A DNA stretch of 63,492 nt, the filler included, from Octopus bimaculoides (taxonomy: Eukaryota), in assembly GCF_001194135.2 (NCBI RefSeq). It is 7 parts of 6 records of this genome, joined end to end, with 100 filler letters (N's around TTAATTAATTAA, not from the genome) between each part and the next. Parts side by side here need not be neighbours in the genome. Positions count along the whole stretch, not along the records: positions 18,248 to 41,714 come from NC_068984.1; positions 41,815 to 46,012 come from NC_068982.1; positions 46,113 to 56,141 come from NC_068996.1; 4 more parts are not named here. The stretch is one strand, 5' to 3'. A program made the position numbers and the translations under genes. Shown here in pieces: positions 40,250 through 53,670 of this stretch. How positions within the stretch are numbered: position 1 is the first letter of the stretch; each line of letters starts with the position of its first letter. Under the pieces are notes generated by a model that worked only from the letters and a program-made list of their open reading frames with translations, had not been told where the DNA came from and ran no database searches.

Positions 40250-42751
40250 NNNNNNNNNNNNNNNNNNNNNNNNNNNNNNNNNNNNNNNNNNNNNNNNNNN
40301 NNNNNNNNNNNNNNNNNNNNNNNNNNNNNNNNNNNNNNNNNNNNNNNNNNNNNNNNNNNNNNNNNNNNNNNNNNNNNNNNNNNNNNNNNNNNNNNNNNNN
40401 NNNNNNNNNNNNNNNNNNNNNNNNNNNNNNNNNNNNNNNNNNNNNNNNNNNNNNNNNNNNNNNNNNNNNNNNNNNNNNNNNNNNNNNNNNNNNNNNNNNN
40501 NNNNNNNNNNNNNNNNNNNNNNNNNNNNNNNNNNNNNNNNNNNNNNNNNNNNNNNNNNNNNNNNNNNNNNNNNNNNNNNNNNNNNNNNNNNNNNNNNNNN
40601 NNNNNNNNNNNNNNNNNNNNNNNNNNNNNNNNNNNNNNNNNNNNNNNNNNNNNNNNNNNNNNNNNNNNNNNNNNNNNNNNNNNNNNNNNNNNNNNNNNNN
40701 NNNNNNNNNNNNNNNNGCTGTAATTACTGCCAAACGGTCCTACCACATATAAAATATATTTTTTTCAAATTTTAAGGTGTTTTAATTATTTTGTCAAACT
40801 CCTGTATGTAGTATATAAGGAATTATTTTGCATTTTTTTTTATTATGTACGCAAGGATGTTGAAATTTATTGAAGATCTGAAGTGTATTAATTGCCTATT
40901 GTGAGAACTTAGATTACACTATACAAATAACAATGCTATTAAGAAGTTCATTTCGCAGGAACATAGTTCTAGGTTCGATCGTACAATATGGCATCAAAAC
41001 TCTAAGTCGACTGAAGTCTACTAAATGAAATTGTGTTAACGAAAACTATGTGGAAGCCCGTTGAAAGGGATGTATTTATTGTGGTGTAACAAATTTAATC
41101 TATTGCTAGTTTAACACCACTGCTTGGAACTTAGTTCCTTTAACGCTGTCGCAAATCCACTACTACTACTACTACTGCTGAGAGAGAGCCTCTGCGTGGC
41201 GAATGTCTTAAAAAGTAACGGCACGTTGGAAAATGTCTTAAATATATAAAAATATATAAAAGGATGGACGAAATCGTCAAGTCAGGAGTGTCTGTGAATT
41301 CTAAATTTGTTCGACCAGTGTTGAGCAGAAATTAAACGTCAACAATAGGAACCCATTTTAATAAGAGTCAACGATCGTGTGTCAATGACCATTCGACCTA
41401 TTAGAAATAATAGCCGAAAGTCATCTTCAAATCATATATTTCAAATCATACACACGCACACATGCAGGGAGGGAGAAAGAATGGTGCAGACAGACGAGAA
41501 GGACGGGGAAGGAGGTAAATGACGCAGATGTTATGGGAGGAATTATACAAATGAGAAATTTGTTTAATTACTTTCACTTTGTATAAGCACCAAGAAATTA
41601 GATAAAAGGTAAATTATAGTTATTACATATAAGCTATAAATTCTGATATTACTTATGATGGCAAAATTATACTTCCAAACTTAACCATCATATGACACTT
41701 TATTATGTATATATNNNNNNNNNNNNNNNNNNNNNNNNNNNNNNNNNNNNNNNNNNNNTTAATTAATTAANNNNNNNNNNNNNNNNNNNNNNNNNNNNNN
41801 NNNNNNNNNNNNNNGTGTGTGTGTGTGTGTGTGTGTGCGTGCGTCCGTGTGTGTGCTTTTATGTGTGTATGTTTCACACACATTGCAGAAAAATTAGTTG
41901 TAACGAATCTCAAAAGAACTTTCTGATATGGAAAAGAAATTTAGTATTTTTTTTTTTAAATGACTTTACTTTAGTCCTTTGCAGCTGTATGAGCAAACAC
42001 GTTCCAGTCCTGACCATCATTTCCTTTTGCCATGTATATTGTATGTCGGACCATAAATCCAATATGTCTGTTTTTAACAGTAAAGGATGAATTAAAGCTT
42101 GTTTGGCTGGTATTTCTAGCAGATCGATTAACCATGTAGAGGTTTCCTCATTGGCTCGTATGATGGGATCCTATTTACTCGATATATGATCCATAAGGGG
42201 GAACCAAATGGGGTAGTTTTATGCTTTTCTGAAATGCATTAGTGAAGGCAAATTAATAAAAGAAGATTACGTAGACTTATCAGAGAAATGAAATACGTTG
42301 AGAAAACTGGAGCCGAGTGAAGTAGCCTCCAGCGATTCTCTGATACATTAACTTGAGATGTGTAGGTCATATATTTAAGAAAGCAACAACATAAAGTTTG
42401 GAAACTGCCATCGAGGGATCCCCTATGTGGTCGAACGCTCAACCGGCTTGAAATAAATTTGCTTTATATCACACCCTGCTGCCTCAAAAAAGTGATGGAC
42501 ACATTCGATAATATTCGATAATATTGCCCCACAAGTACTACGCTTGGGAAAGAACAAAAAAAAGGACCGTTACAGCTGGAACTTCTTTGATCGTAGATCT
42601 TTGGGATTAGAGCTGGTCCGGTGTTACATAAACAGCAATCAAATGCAATGACTAACTCTCCATATTTATTGATGATTTCTGAAATCTGTGATGACTAATT
42701 TTCTGTGCCTATATGAAACTCTATGCGTGTGTGTGTGAGTGTGTGTGTGTG

Positions 42752-42791
<40 letters not shown>

Positions 42792-44329
42792 TATGCGTGC
42801 TTCATATAAATGCAGAAATTATTTATCGCAAATTTCAGCAATGTTTATGTGCTGCGTCATCAAGGAATAAACATTTTTATAGGAAAGGAAAATAAATGAC
42901 AAAAGTAGGTTGCTGCTGTTTCCACTTTTTAGAGTATTTATTCCTTGAATAAAAAAGCCTTTCTTAAGTCACCCACTTTGTCGCCTCAAAAGGAAACGAC
43001 TTCTTATGTATTGTAGCTTAAGGATCTTAATCATAGGTGTGTGTTCGAACTGAGGCAAACTAGAACGAACTAAACAGAAAACCCCAAGAAAATATAAATT
43101 AGTTTATTGCAATGTTCTTGGCGAAAAGAAAAGACAGGATCGAAATTGAGAGGAGACAAATTGCTGTGTTTAATAAAATTTAAATAGTTTCAGTCTTTTT
43201 TTAATCTTGTCCTACGCCATAGCCAAAAAAAAAAACAAGAATTATATAGAAGCAAATTCTATTTAGTTTTCTGATTTATAAAGGACAAAATATTTCCCTG
43301 TTGTTTATCAATTGGAGAAGAATGGGGTTGTCTAAATATTGGTTTCGAATTTTGGCACAAGGCCAGGAAGTTTGGGGGACGCAGTTGGTCGATTACATCA
43401 ACTCCAGTACTTAACTGGTAATTATTTTATCGGTCCCAGAAGGTTGAAAGTCGACCGCGGCAGCATTTGAACTCAGAACGCAAAGACGGGCGAAATTCCG
43501 CTAAGCTTAACCGACTCCATATTGAAATCGTTATATAAAAGAACCCAAACGAGTGATGAGGAAGTTGTGGTGTTACGTCACGATTGTAGTTCTTTTGGTT
43601 TAAAGTATTTAACAATTTCATTTCTAAAGATGTGAGATTTTGCATCATTGTAAGAAAGTGCTTCTGCTTTTCTCGTCCTGCTTACGTCATTAACTGAGCG
43701 ATAATTCGAATATGCTTCCTAAATTCACCACAAAGCGAAAGTAAAATAACAATTGAGCGATTGTGAACAAATATAATAAAGACTGAACCGTTAAGATCGA
43801 TACTGTTCAATAATGTATTTGTAATAAGATTTTTCTACAGAGAGACACAACCTAAATAGACATGATTTATTATTTATTTGCGTTAGCACCACGTAAAAGA
43901 TTGATTCATAAATGCATTGCCACGTATTCATACAGGAACGTATGTTCAGGATACATTATTTACAAATTAATATGCCACTCTCATTAATAATACTATTTCA
44001 ATCAGATTCTTTGAATGAATATCTGTTCTGGATATAAAAATCTGACATTTTCCTAATTTTCCTCCAGGACTAGTCTGCGCATTCATTACATCACAGTCGG
44101 GATGCAGAAATGTCGAGATTATGCAGATAGGAAGAACTGTAATTATTTTCATTTATTACTTTATTTTAAGAAATAGTTTATTTAAAATTCATTTTTTTTC
44201 TTCAAAATAGAAAGAGGTACAAACGCAAAATAGATATATCAAATAACAGACAACATAATGGGCTAAGAATGGGGTTCTCAATCTAAATATGCCATCAGTT
44301 TTGCTAAATTGGCTTCAGAGCTGGTTAAT

Positions 44330-44720
44330 CTGTTACTGCCATCGTCGCCAGTATCATCATAGTTGTTGGTAATGCGGATTGGCCTCTTCCCTTGTTTTGT
44401 AGATGTTTGTTAAAATACTCATGTGAACAACTAAAGGAGACTCTTAGGTTGTGCCTGATAAATAAATGCCTGTATCTATGCGTCTCTGTGAAAAATCCTT
44501 CCCACACAAGTCTTGACGTCGAGTAAAAAGAGTGGGGCAAACCAAATGACGTTTCTGCGGCGCTTCCTTTTCCGGGTGCTAGGGCCTGGTATGTACGAAT
44601 GCGGTCCTTAAACCCTCTCGAAGCCAGTGCCACGCTGTAGCAAGGAGACGCGATGTTATTATCGGAAAGTGGCCTGCGATTGGTCGAGAAAGGTCACGCG
44701 GTGTCACAGTTTTTGATATT
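44330..44720 (-). mobile_element. Penelope-like fragment (RT-to-EN linker)
   Basis: Minus frames give RRRNVIWFAP and THRYRHLFIRHNLRVSFSC. Confidence 0.65.
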
Positions 44721-45099
44721 GGTATTTCAGCGACAACAATTACTTGGAAAATACTGCATGAGGAACAGTACCAAGAATTTGAATCGAACTGCTTTTGATC
44801 CGTGTGTATGTGTGTGTGTGTGCGTGTGTGTGTGTGTGTGTGTTTGGTTGGTTGGGTGGGTATGTCTGTGTGTGTGTAAAGGAAAAAGCGATAACATACA
44901 CGAATGTTAGACGTGACATTCACATCTAACACGATGGCCAACCCACCTGCATTATTCAATGTACGACTGAATAATTGCGGAATAGTCACATGAAACCATT
45001 GGTATCGTATTAGCACCACTTTACTATTGAAATAAATTATTTACTTATCAATGTGGTATTGATCAGTCACTTCGTACTTCATTACTAACATATATACAT

Positions 45100-45154
<55 letters not shown>

Positions 45155-45731
45155 TATACACACACACATATACATACACACTCACAAACACACACACATA
45201 TACGTGGGAGGTAATTCTTACTACACATGGCTTTCCTAAATAAACGAAAATAAAATGAATTTCTATTAACTTGGAATGAACAGAGAAGTTAAATATTAGT
45301 TGTAGAAGAATTACAGTGTCTCAACACAATTTCAAGAAAGATTTTATAATTAAACACAGACGAACAGAATGGAAAAGTAAAAGAACGAAGAGAAAAGCTT
45401 TAAAGAAACGTGTGAGTGAAGGTAATAAAGAACTTCTTTAAATGTCACTTTTTCTAAGTTTCTCTATGAATATTTCCCCGAACGACTTAATTTGCACCTC
45501 CGTCCGTTTTTTACACTATCTTTTATTGTATTATGATTCTTACTCGAAATTTTGCAGAGACACAATTCATTTGTCATTGATATCTTTTTTTATTTAGCAT
45601 GTGATATTTTATTCCTAAGCACATGCACTCAGACATCCATCTCATATATACGTGTGTGTGTTCGTGTGAATATATATATATATATATACTGAGAGAGTGA
45701 GAAAGAGATAGACAGATAAATATGTATGCGT

Positions 45732-45771
<40 letters not shown>

Positions 45772-46112
45772 CGTGAGAGAGTTAGGGGTTGAGGGTTCAA
45801 CCCACTAAGGGATAGTATCTATCCAGTATACTGCTGGGAGGGTACCCAATTATTGCTACACTAGTGCTATACTAAGTGCAATCAATGGGAGCGGGTAAAA
45901 GTGGAGGTTTTACCCCAAATTTGTATAACAATTAGAAAATGGAGGATAATATGCTGAACCCAATTACTTGCAGACAATGTATCCCGTTGAATTCATTAAT
46001 TCAATTCATAGCNNNNNNNNNNNNNNNNNNNNNNNNNNNNNNNNNNNNNNNNNNNNTTAATTAATTAANNNNNNNNNNNNNNNNNNNNNNNNNNNNNNNN
46101 NNNNNNNNNNNN

Positions 46113-46640
46113 TTATGTTAAGCCCACATTAAAAGTTGCTTTCAATGCCTGTTTGCGGAAGTAGTAAAACTTCGGCAAGAGGTGCTTGAGTTGAGTATAG
46201 ATGACACATCGATACTGAAGATGAAGTCCAAGGAATAGCGAGAAAACAACTATGAAAACGTAGGAAAAATAACCAGGATTTTCCTGGTTATTTCTCCTAT
46301 ACAATAATCCCCGGGATGCAGCCTGAGTTAAGAAATTGTGAATCGACGAGACTGTTATCAATGTACGCTGCTCAGAATGGTCCAAAAGGCATCTTTCGAT
46401 ACAACAATGACCATCAGCGGTTAACTTAGCAAATAGGTGCTCGTTATTGTATAGGAGAAATAACCAGGAAAATTCTGGTTATTTTTCCTACGTTTCCATA
46501 GTTGTTTTCTCGCTATTCCTTGGACTTCATCTTCAGTATCGATGTGTCATCTATACTCAACTCAAGCACCTCTTGCCGAAGTTTTACTACTTCCGCAAAC
46601 AGAGGCATTGAAAGCAACTTTTAATGTGGGCTTAACATAA
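46113..46640. repeat. Inverted repeat, arms 46113-46307 and 46444-46640
   Basis: Arms about 195 bp with two substitutions and one 2-bp indel seen; 136-bp spacer; left arm cut by a gap. Confidence 0.9.
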
Positions 46641-46731
46641 ATAACAGTAACAGCACAAAAACAGCGTTTCTATCAGATACCAAAGAAACGCGTCTACATA
46701 TTTTCCCAATCGCATGATCATCATGTACTTC

Positions 46732-46802
<71 letters not shown>

Positions 46803-46879
46803 CTTTCCCTCTCAATCAATCTATCTTTTTATCTACAAATGTGTATGTATGTGTGTGTGTAGAGAGAGAGAGTGTGTGC

Positions 46880-48200
46880 GTGTGTGTTATATAGCTTCCT
46901 TTATAGATTTCTTGCCAATGGAGAAAAAGTCAGTTTCTAACCTAGATCCAAGTCTTCTTCATTGGAAGTTTAAACAATATCAACAGGATAGTTGTGCGTG
47001 TATGTACAAGGACTTGGAGTCAGAGCATATGCAGATCTGTATGTTTTGTTTTATGTCTCTTGTACTCATGCATATAGCTACATGCCTAAACATGCGCAGA
47101 TGCACTTAAATAATAAACTCTTGGAAAGTTTTACATATTTTGACCGTTCCATTGATGGCTCGTATTTGTAATCTCCTAATCAAATACCTCTTTTCTAGTT
47201 TTGAGAAACCTAATTTACCAAGATGGTATCAAGGTAGTTTGTTACATATCCCGGTACATCAATAATTACAGGTATCAACCTGAACTTGTAATCCAGATAG
47301 AGTAGCTGTAAATTTCTCAATTGCTCAGCGTAATGATTTTCTTTTCTCGCGGATGTTTAGCTTTATGTTGACATCCACTGGGCAACTGATTTCTACCACT
47401 GTACATAGGTTCTGTTCTCCATCATAAATCGCTATATCTGGTCTTTTATGTTTGAATTTTATTGAGGTTCTCTCTGAGACGTTTCACCAGTACTCTTTCA
47501 TTTTATGAGTGGTTATGTTCTCTACCACACTGAAGGTTCTTAACTGTTTGACCTCAAGATCATCCTTCCTACGGATATCATTGCACAGTGTCTTAGTTGC
47601 ATCATATCTTATGGGTAGATAATAACGAAATATCTTCAGACAACTGCTTATGATGTAGGTGATATTGTTAGTGTTAACTTCACAAAGGCTACATTGGTTA
47701 TCACATTTTGTTATTTTTTCTAGCGTCTCTGTCCCCTTTGTGCATCACAAATTTGGTTGATTTTTCCTGTTCCTGGATTGCAAATGCACACCCTTCACAG
47801 AAAGAGTTAGAGATCATCATCGATGCTATATGCTTTAGGTGTATTGCAAGGACAGTAATTACTTTGAATTCCTGAAGTGACAGAGTATTTCGATTAAACT
47901 ACATCTCTTCGCTCCAGATTTTCCTCCAGCAGGAATTCATGTCTTCTCGTGAAGGAAGTTCTATATCTACTGCTTCTCCTCTCATGTCTCTATAAACTGC
48001 TGCATGGTCCCGGTTAACTTTTCTGTTATCATTCTTTCGGTTATTCTCCTTTGGTATCGGGTTTTCACACTGACAGCTTTTAACTGCTGCTTGAAGATGA
48101 TCAGTTAGCAACTGAGAGATCGCTTTTTACTATCTTCAAACACTATTATCATCTCTTTCTTTACCTTTTGTTGTTGAGATGCATAGTGATTTGCTTGTTC
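46880..48200 (-). mobile_element. Internally deleted RLE-type LINE with 3' UTR
   Basis: RPDIAIYDGEQNLCTVVEISCPVDVNI...AINGTVKICKTF endonuclease; upstream piece VYRDMRGEAVDIELPSREDMNSCWRKIWS. Confidence 0.8.
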
Positions 48201-48339
48201 GAGGTTGATAAGCCTTCTATAAGCTGATAGCCTTCTATAAATCAGCTATCTTTTTCAATGTATGTATGTATGTACGTACGTGTGTGTGTGTGTGTGTGTG
48301 CGTGCGTGTGTGTGCACGCGCGCGTGCACTATTGTATGA

Positions 48340-48830
48340 ATGAGAGATTTGGAGAAGCATGCAACGTCTCCACCTGGGATGCTTGTGTAATATCTTGAGG
48401 ATCTAATGGCGATCTCATATGCCTGATATGAGAGATCTGCAGCTGACAAAAAGGAGGGTCGAGTTCATGATTATGAAACAGTAACTTAGATGGTCTGATC
48501 GTCTTGTCCGTTTAAAGAACATCCGAATTCTGAAACAGGCGTTGTATGGTGAGCTGGAACAAAAACAAAACAAAAACCTTCTAATTGCCAACCACGCAAG
48601 CGCTTCAAAGCCACACTTAAAGATACACTTAAATAAAGAGAATCTTAAAGACGCGCTTAAATAAATCCCTTGCGTCAGATAGGAAGCTTTGGAATAATCA
48701 GATTGCTACTAGTATTAAAGAATTCGGGAACAACAGGGTTACATACTCTGAAATGAAGCATGCTGGTAAATATGTGGAAGATATGAACTCTATTCCTGAG
48801 CACGAAAGAGTCTCTTTCGTGCGACTAATG
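48340..48830 (+). mobile_element. RTE-clade LINE 3' fragment
   Basis: LRWSDRLVRLKNIRILKQALYGELE...PRKRFKATLKDTL-type remnants. Confidence 0.7.
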
Positions 48831-49184
48831 GGATTGTATCTGCTTCTCAAAGGCAGGCTTAATCAGTCATAAGTGTGATTTACAGAGCGCCCCGTCCACC
48901 AATGTAATATTTAGCATGACCTCTCGTATACTTGAGTGTATGGGTCGGCCAGTGGAACCACTGGGCACTGTCGGTCCCAACATCTAGGTGATTGAGCTGC
49001 TGCTGGATAATTAGGCCACAGAATCCAGAAAACCAGCTTTATGAGCCAATGGCCCAGGACGGAATTAGACTGCTTTTGATGTATGCATTTACGTATGTAT
49101 ATCTGTATGTATGTACGTATGAGTATCTATATATGTATGTATTTATGCATGTATGTATGTATATCATTATTCAGTTTTATTTCA

Positions 49185-49445
49185 AGATTTTTTTGTCAAT
49201 GGAGAAAAAATCGGTTTCTAACCTAGATCCAAGGTTCCTTCATTGGAATTTCAACATCAACAACAGGGAATTTTTGTATGTATGTATGTATGTATGTATG
49301 TATGTATTTATGTATGTATGCATGTATGTATGTGTGTGTATGTCTGTCTGTCTGTCTGTATGTATGTATGTAAGTATGTGTGCAGATTTGTTTGTTTTGT
49401 TTTATGTATGTATTCTCATGCATATAGTTGCATATCTAGACATGT
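49185..49445 (-). mobile_element. Second copy of that LINE 3' UTR, with expanded (ATGT)n
   Basis: caatggagaaaaa..gtttctaacctagatccaag..cttcattgga shared with 46915-46980. Confidence 0.7.
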
Positions 49446-49460
49446 ATGTATGTATGTATG

Positions 49461-49491
<31 letters not shown>

Positions 49492-51261
49492 GTATGCATG
49501 CATACATCTGTATATGTGTATTCCTTTCACCAACGTATATCGGAAAAGTTGTAAACATTGTCTCAGCGTATACAGTTCCTCCCCTCCCACTCACACCACC
49601 AGATATGCAAACTAATTATTGGCCTGTTGTAAACCTACAATAAATCTGCAACTGTCTACCAGTTGGATCATTAATTACTGTTTACAACATAAAATAAGTA
49701 AAATGAATGGAGAGGGTATACAGTCATTGAAGAACTGTTTAGTGCGTAGGTGACTCTCTGGCACCCACTGGTCACTGGGTTGAGTTTCTCGCCTAGTTCA
49801 GATGCCACAGATCTGCAGATGACCTTGGCTATGTTCCACCCGAAGACATTTCCTACAGCGATGAAGTGCATGTTGATAGTAGTACACGAGCTGCAGGTAT
49901 CTCCCTGCAGAAGTGGAAGGTGTGCGGACAACCGGGGACTGGAGCACTGTTCGGCAACTTGGGTGTTGTCATTTTCTTGACATCTAAGAATGGGAGGAAG
50001 ACGGAGTTGTAATGCTGATGTGATGATGGTTACTTGTAGAGAGGAAGCTAAGGGTTTGTGGTGTATCGAAATTTATGTAAAATATAGAAGCGGATGCTGT
50101 GTTTGTGCGTGGGAGGGAGTATGGATTAAATATGAGTGCTATAAAAAGAATAAGACGAGACTGAGAAAAAAGGAAATTAATAATGTGTGAAAAGGAATAG
50201 ATATAAGTACAATGAAGAGAGAGATAAAACTGAGGGGAGAAAAAGATGTTTGAAATATTCGAAAACCAAAAAATATAAGTACAACGAATGGGGAGAGACA
50301 ACCTGAGAGAAAAAAAATATGTATGTTTATAATTATGTTTACCCATGTAAACGTGTGTGAAGAGTTGTGTCCCTTACAATTAATTTACTTTCATAAAAAT
50401 TATGATTAATTTACTTTCATAGAATAAGACCGAGACTTAAATTAAGTCCTCTGTTCAATATAATCACTAAAACCCCCGGGGACAGTGCTACAACGTTCCT
50501 GTTATCGAATGTTCTAAACTATAAAAGAAAATAATAGAGCCTGGAATAACATCAGCAGTTTTATTGTACGTTAAATTATGGGAAGTTACTCGAAGAGGAC
50601 TTAAGTAAAGGGAAGCTACTCAGATTTTTTTTCCTAAGGTTTTTTTATAAGGGAAGGGAGAAAATGCAGTTGCAACTGCATTTTTTTTTTCTTTTTCTTT
50701 TTTAACTCATGTTCTCAAAAAGGCGGCGAGATGGCAGAATGGCTAGCACGCCGGGCAAAATGCTTAGTGATATTTCATCCGTCTTTACAAATTTCACCGA
50801 GGCTAACTTTGTTTTTCACCCTTTTAAGTTTGATAAAATATGTACCAGTTGAATACCGGGAACAACGTAATCGTCCGGAAGGCCCCCTCACCCGAAATAG
50901 CTGGCCTTAACCCAAAATTTTAAAATTAATTCATGTTTCCAATATTGTGTTTGGGTCAATGAGCATATATACATATGTATACATTGTATAAATAATGGAG
51001 CGCTCCAAAGCATATTTGAGTGCACAACACATTTGACACAATATAAACTTTAGAAAGTTTATATTGAAGCTGTTGCAAGTATAATTAATACAGCGGGGTG
51101 AGAATAATACATTAAAATAGTTTCATTTAAGATTTTACTTGTAAAACTCTAGTAAACCCGTGTGTCATTTCCAATGCATTACGAACTGAAAAAGATTGAG
51201 AACATACTGTTTTTAGAGAATAATCAAGCCAAGGCATTACTAAAAATCGAGTTGCAGTCTT

Positions 51262-51309
<48 letters not shown>

Positions 51310-51409
51310 CGTGCGTGCGTGCGTGCGTGCTTGTGTGTGTGTGAGACTATGCATGTGTGAGAGTGTGGTATCTGCGTGCGAGCATGCATAGCTGGTTATA
51401 TGTGTACAC

Positions 51410-51413
51410 TATG

Positions 51414-51447
<34 letters not shown>

Positions 51448-51911
51448 TGTATGTATGCATATATGCATGTATGTATGTATGTATGTATGTATGTATGCAT
51501 GTATGTATGTATGTATGTATGTATGTATGTATGTATGTATGTATGTATGTGTGTGTGTATGTATGCATGTATGTATGTATGTATGTATGCATATATGCAT
51601 GTATGTATGTATGTGTGTGTGTATGTATGTATGCTTGCATGCATGCATGCATGCATGCATGTATGTATGTATGTATGCATACATGCATGTATGTATATAT
51701 GTATATATGCATGTATGTATGTATGTATGTATGCATACATGCATGTATGTATATATGTATATATGCATGTATGTATGTATGTATGTATGCATACATGCAT
51801 GTATGTATATATGTATATATGCATGTATGTATGTATGTATGTATGTATGCATGTATGTATGCATGCATGTATGCATGTATGTATGTGTGTATGTATGCAT
51901 GTATGTATGTA

Positions 51912-51947
<36 letters not shown>

Positions 51948-51990
51948 TGTATGTATGTATGTATGTATGTATGTATGTATGTATGTATAC
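51410..51990. repeat. Long degenerate (ATGT)n/(ATGC)n microsatellite
   Basis: Directly visible; source of the MYVC/HTYI ORFs. Confidence 0.95.
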
Positions 51991-52500
51991 GTACAGATTT
52001 GTAAGGTTTGCTTTTTGCATATCTTGACATGCTGATATATACTTAAATGATAAACTGGAAGGTTTTTATAGATTTTTACAGTTCCATTGATGGCTTGGAT
52101 TTGTAAGTCTTTTAATCAGATTTCTCCTTTCTTGTTTTCGGAAGCCTAATTTCTCAAGATTGGTATTTAGGCGCTATGTTACATATCTCAGTGCTCCAAT
52201 AATTACAGGTATAAACCTGATCTTGTAATCTGGATAGAGTAATTGCAAATTTCTCAAAAGTACAACGTAAGTATTCTCTTTTTCCACTAATCTTTAGTTT
52301 TATGCTAGGCAGCTGATTTCTACAACTGTACACAGTTTCTCTTCTCTATTCCAAATCATTCTATCAGGTCTATTGTGTTTACATTTTATTGAGGTTTTCA
52401 CTGGGACATTTCACCAGTATTCCTTTTATTATCAGTGGTTATGTCTTTCATCATACTGTAGGTCTTATTTCTTTGTCCTCGTGTTTATCTTTTCAACGGA
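51990..52500 (-). mobile_element. Third degenerate copy of the RLE-LINE 3' region
   Basis: Colinear similarity to 47030-47520 (cagttccattgatggct, taattacaggtata.acctga, tgtaatc..gatagagta). Confidence 0.7.
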
Positions 52501-52633
52501 TTTCGTTATGTATGTGTAAGTATAGGTATAGATATTGGTATGTGTGTGCGTGCATATTTATGCATGTGCTTTTATTATACGGATAGTTTCATAACTATAT
52601 ATTCCTATATGCGTGTAAGTAGATTTATTATTA

Positions 52634-53173
52634 CTAGCGGGACCCATGAATATTTCACGGAATTAATGGTAAACCTATTGAGCTATTTCTGAAAACTTCA
52701 TCCAAAAGACCTAAAAGCGTAGCCTGTGTTGCATCTGTATGGAAAGATTGTCGCTCATCTATTAATCATTGAAATGTGAAAGGAAATTGGAATACGATGA
52801 TTACTTAATGCGCTTTATATATTCACTTTATATATTCACTTTATATATCTCATGCACAATTTTATAGACTTGATACACAGCACTCATAAAATAAATATTC
52901 ACTCTTATTTTTCTATTTTCCCCATAAAAAATTATCCCATATGATACAACCTTTAGTTGAATTGCATTTATCTGCCATGTAAATAAGCGTGAATATTTCA
53001 TGGAATTGCACTTGAGTGCATGCGTTAAGTGATAAGTGATATAAAAAAAAAAAAACTTAGTTCAATTAAAAACAAAAACACTTTTCATTATCCAATCACC
53101 AAAACCAACACCATCACCCACCTCTACCACTACCACCTCCATCTCCACCAGCCCCATCGTCTCTTTCTCCCTC

Positions 53174-53230
<57 letters not shown>

Positions 53231-53670
53231 CACTCCCTTTCTTTGTCATTAACTTCACCATCAGGACATCACTCCTCTGCTAAAATTACATTTTTAATTC
53301 TCCTTCTCTACATCACTACCTTCAACTAACTTTTTCGACCACGTAATAAATATTACGTTTCCCCTCACTTCATGGACGCTTTTCTCTCCGTCTTTTACTC
53401 TCTCGTCTTTTCTTTCTCTCTCTCTTCCTGCCTTACTCTTCATCTTATCCTCTTTTTCTCTCTCCTTTTTCTCTCTCCTCTCTTTCCCTTCAACTAATCA
53501 CGTGAAAGTGTTACAATTACATTCCCTCTGCTTCACGTCAAGGACGCTTCTTCCTCCCTCTTTTTCTCCCTCCCTCTTTTCTCCCTCCCTCTTTTCTGTC
53601 TCCTTCTTTTCTCTCTCCCTCTTTTCTTTCTCCCTCTTTTTCTATAATCACGTGGAAGCGTTACAGACAG
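52634..53670 (-). mobile_element. Probable non-autonomous Helitron (5' limit uncertain)
   Basis: Minus strand ends in hairpin CCGTGAA-ATA-TTCATGG, then gtcccg-CTAG-T; internal (CT)n-rich repeats. Confidence 0.5.

Noticed and set aside
44067-44150. Plus-strand KCRDYADRKNC resembling the start of a ShKT domain
   Set aside because: Only two Cys, wrong strand and no donor.
49750-49980. GC-richer segment with CRKC...H..C-like residues on the minus strand
   Set aside because: Possibly a LINE zinc-knuckle remnant, but too degraded to classify.
51347-52035. Several 200-aa ORFs of MYVC or HTYI repeats
   Set aside because: The (ATGT)n microsatellite lacks stops in most frames.
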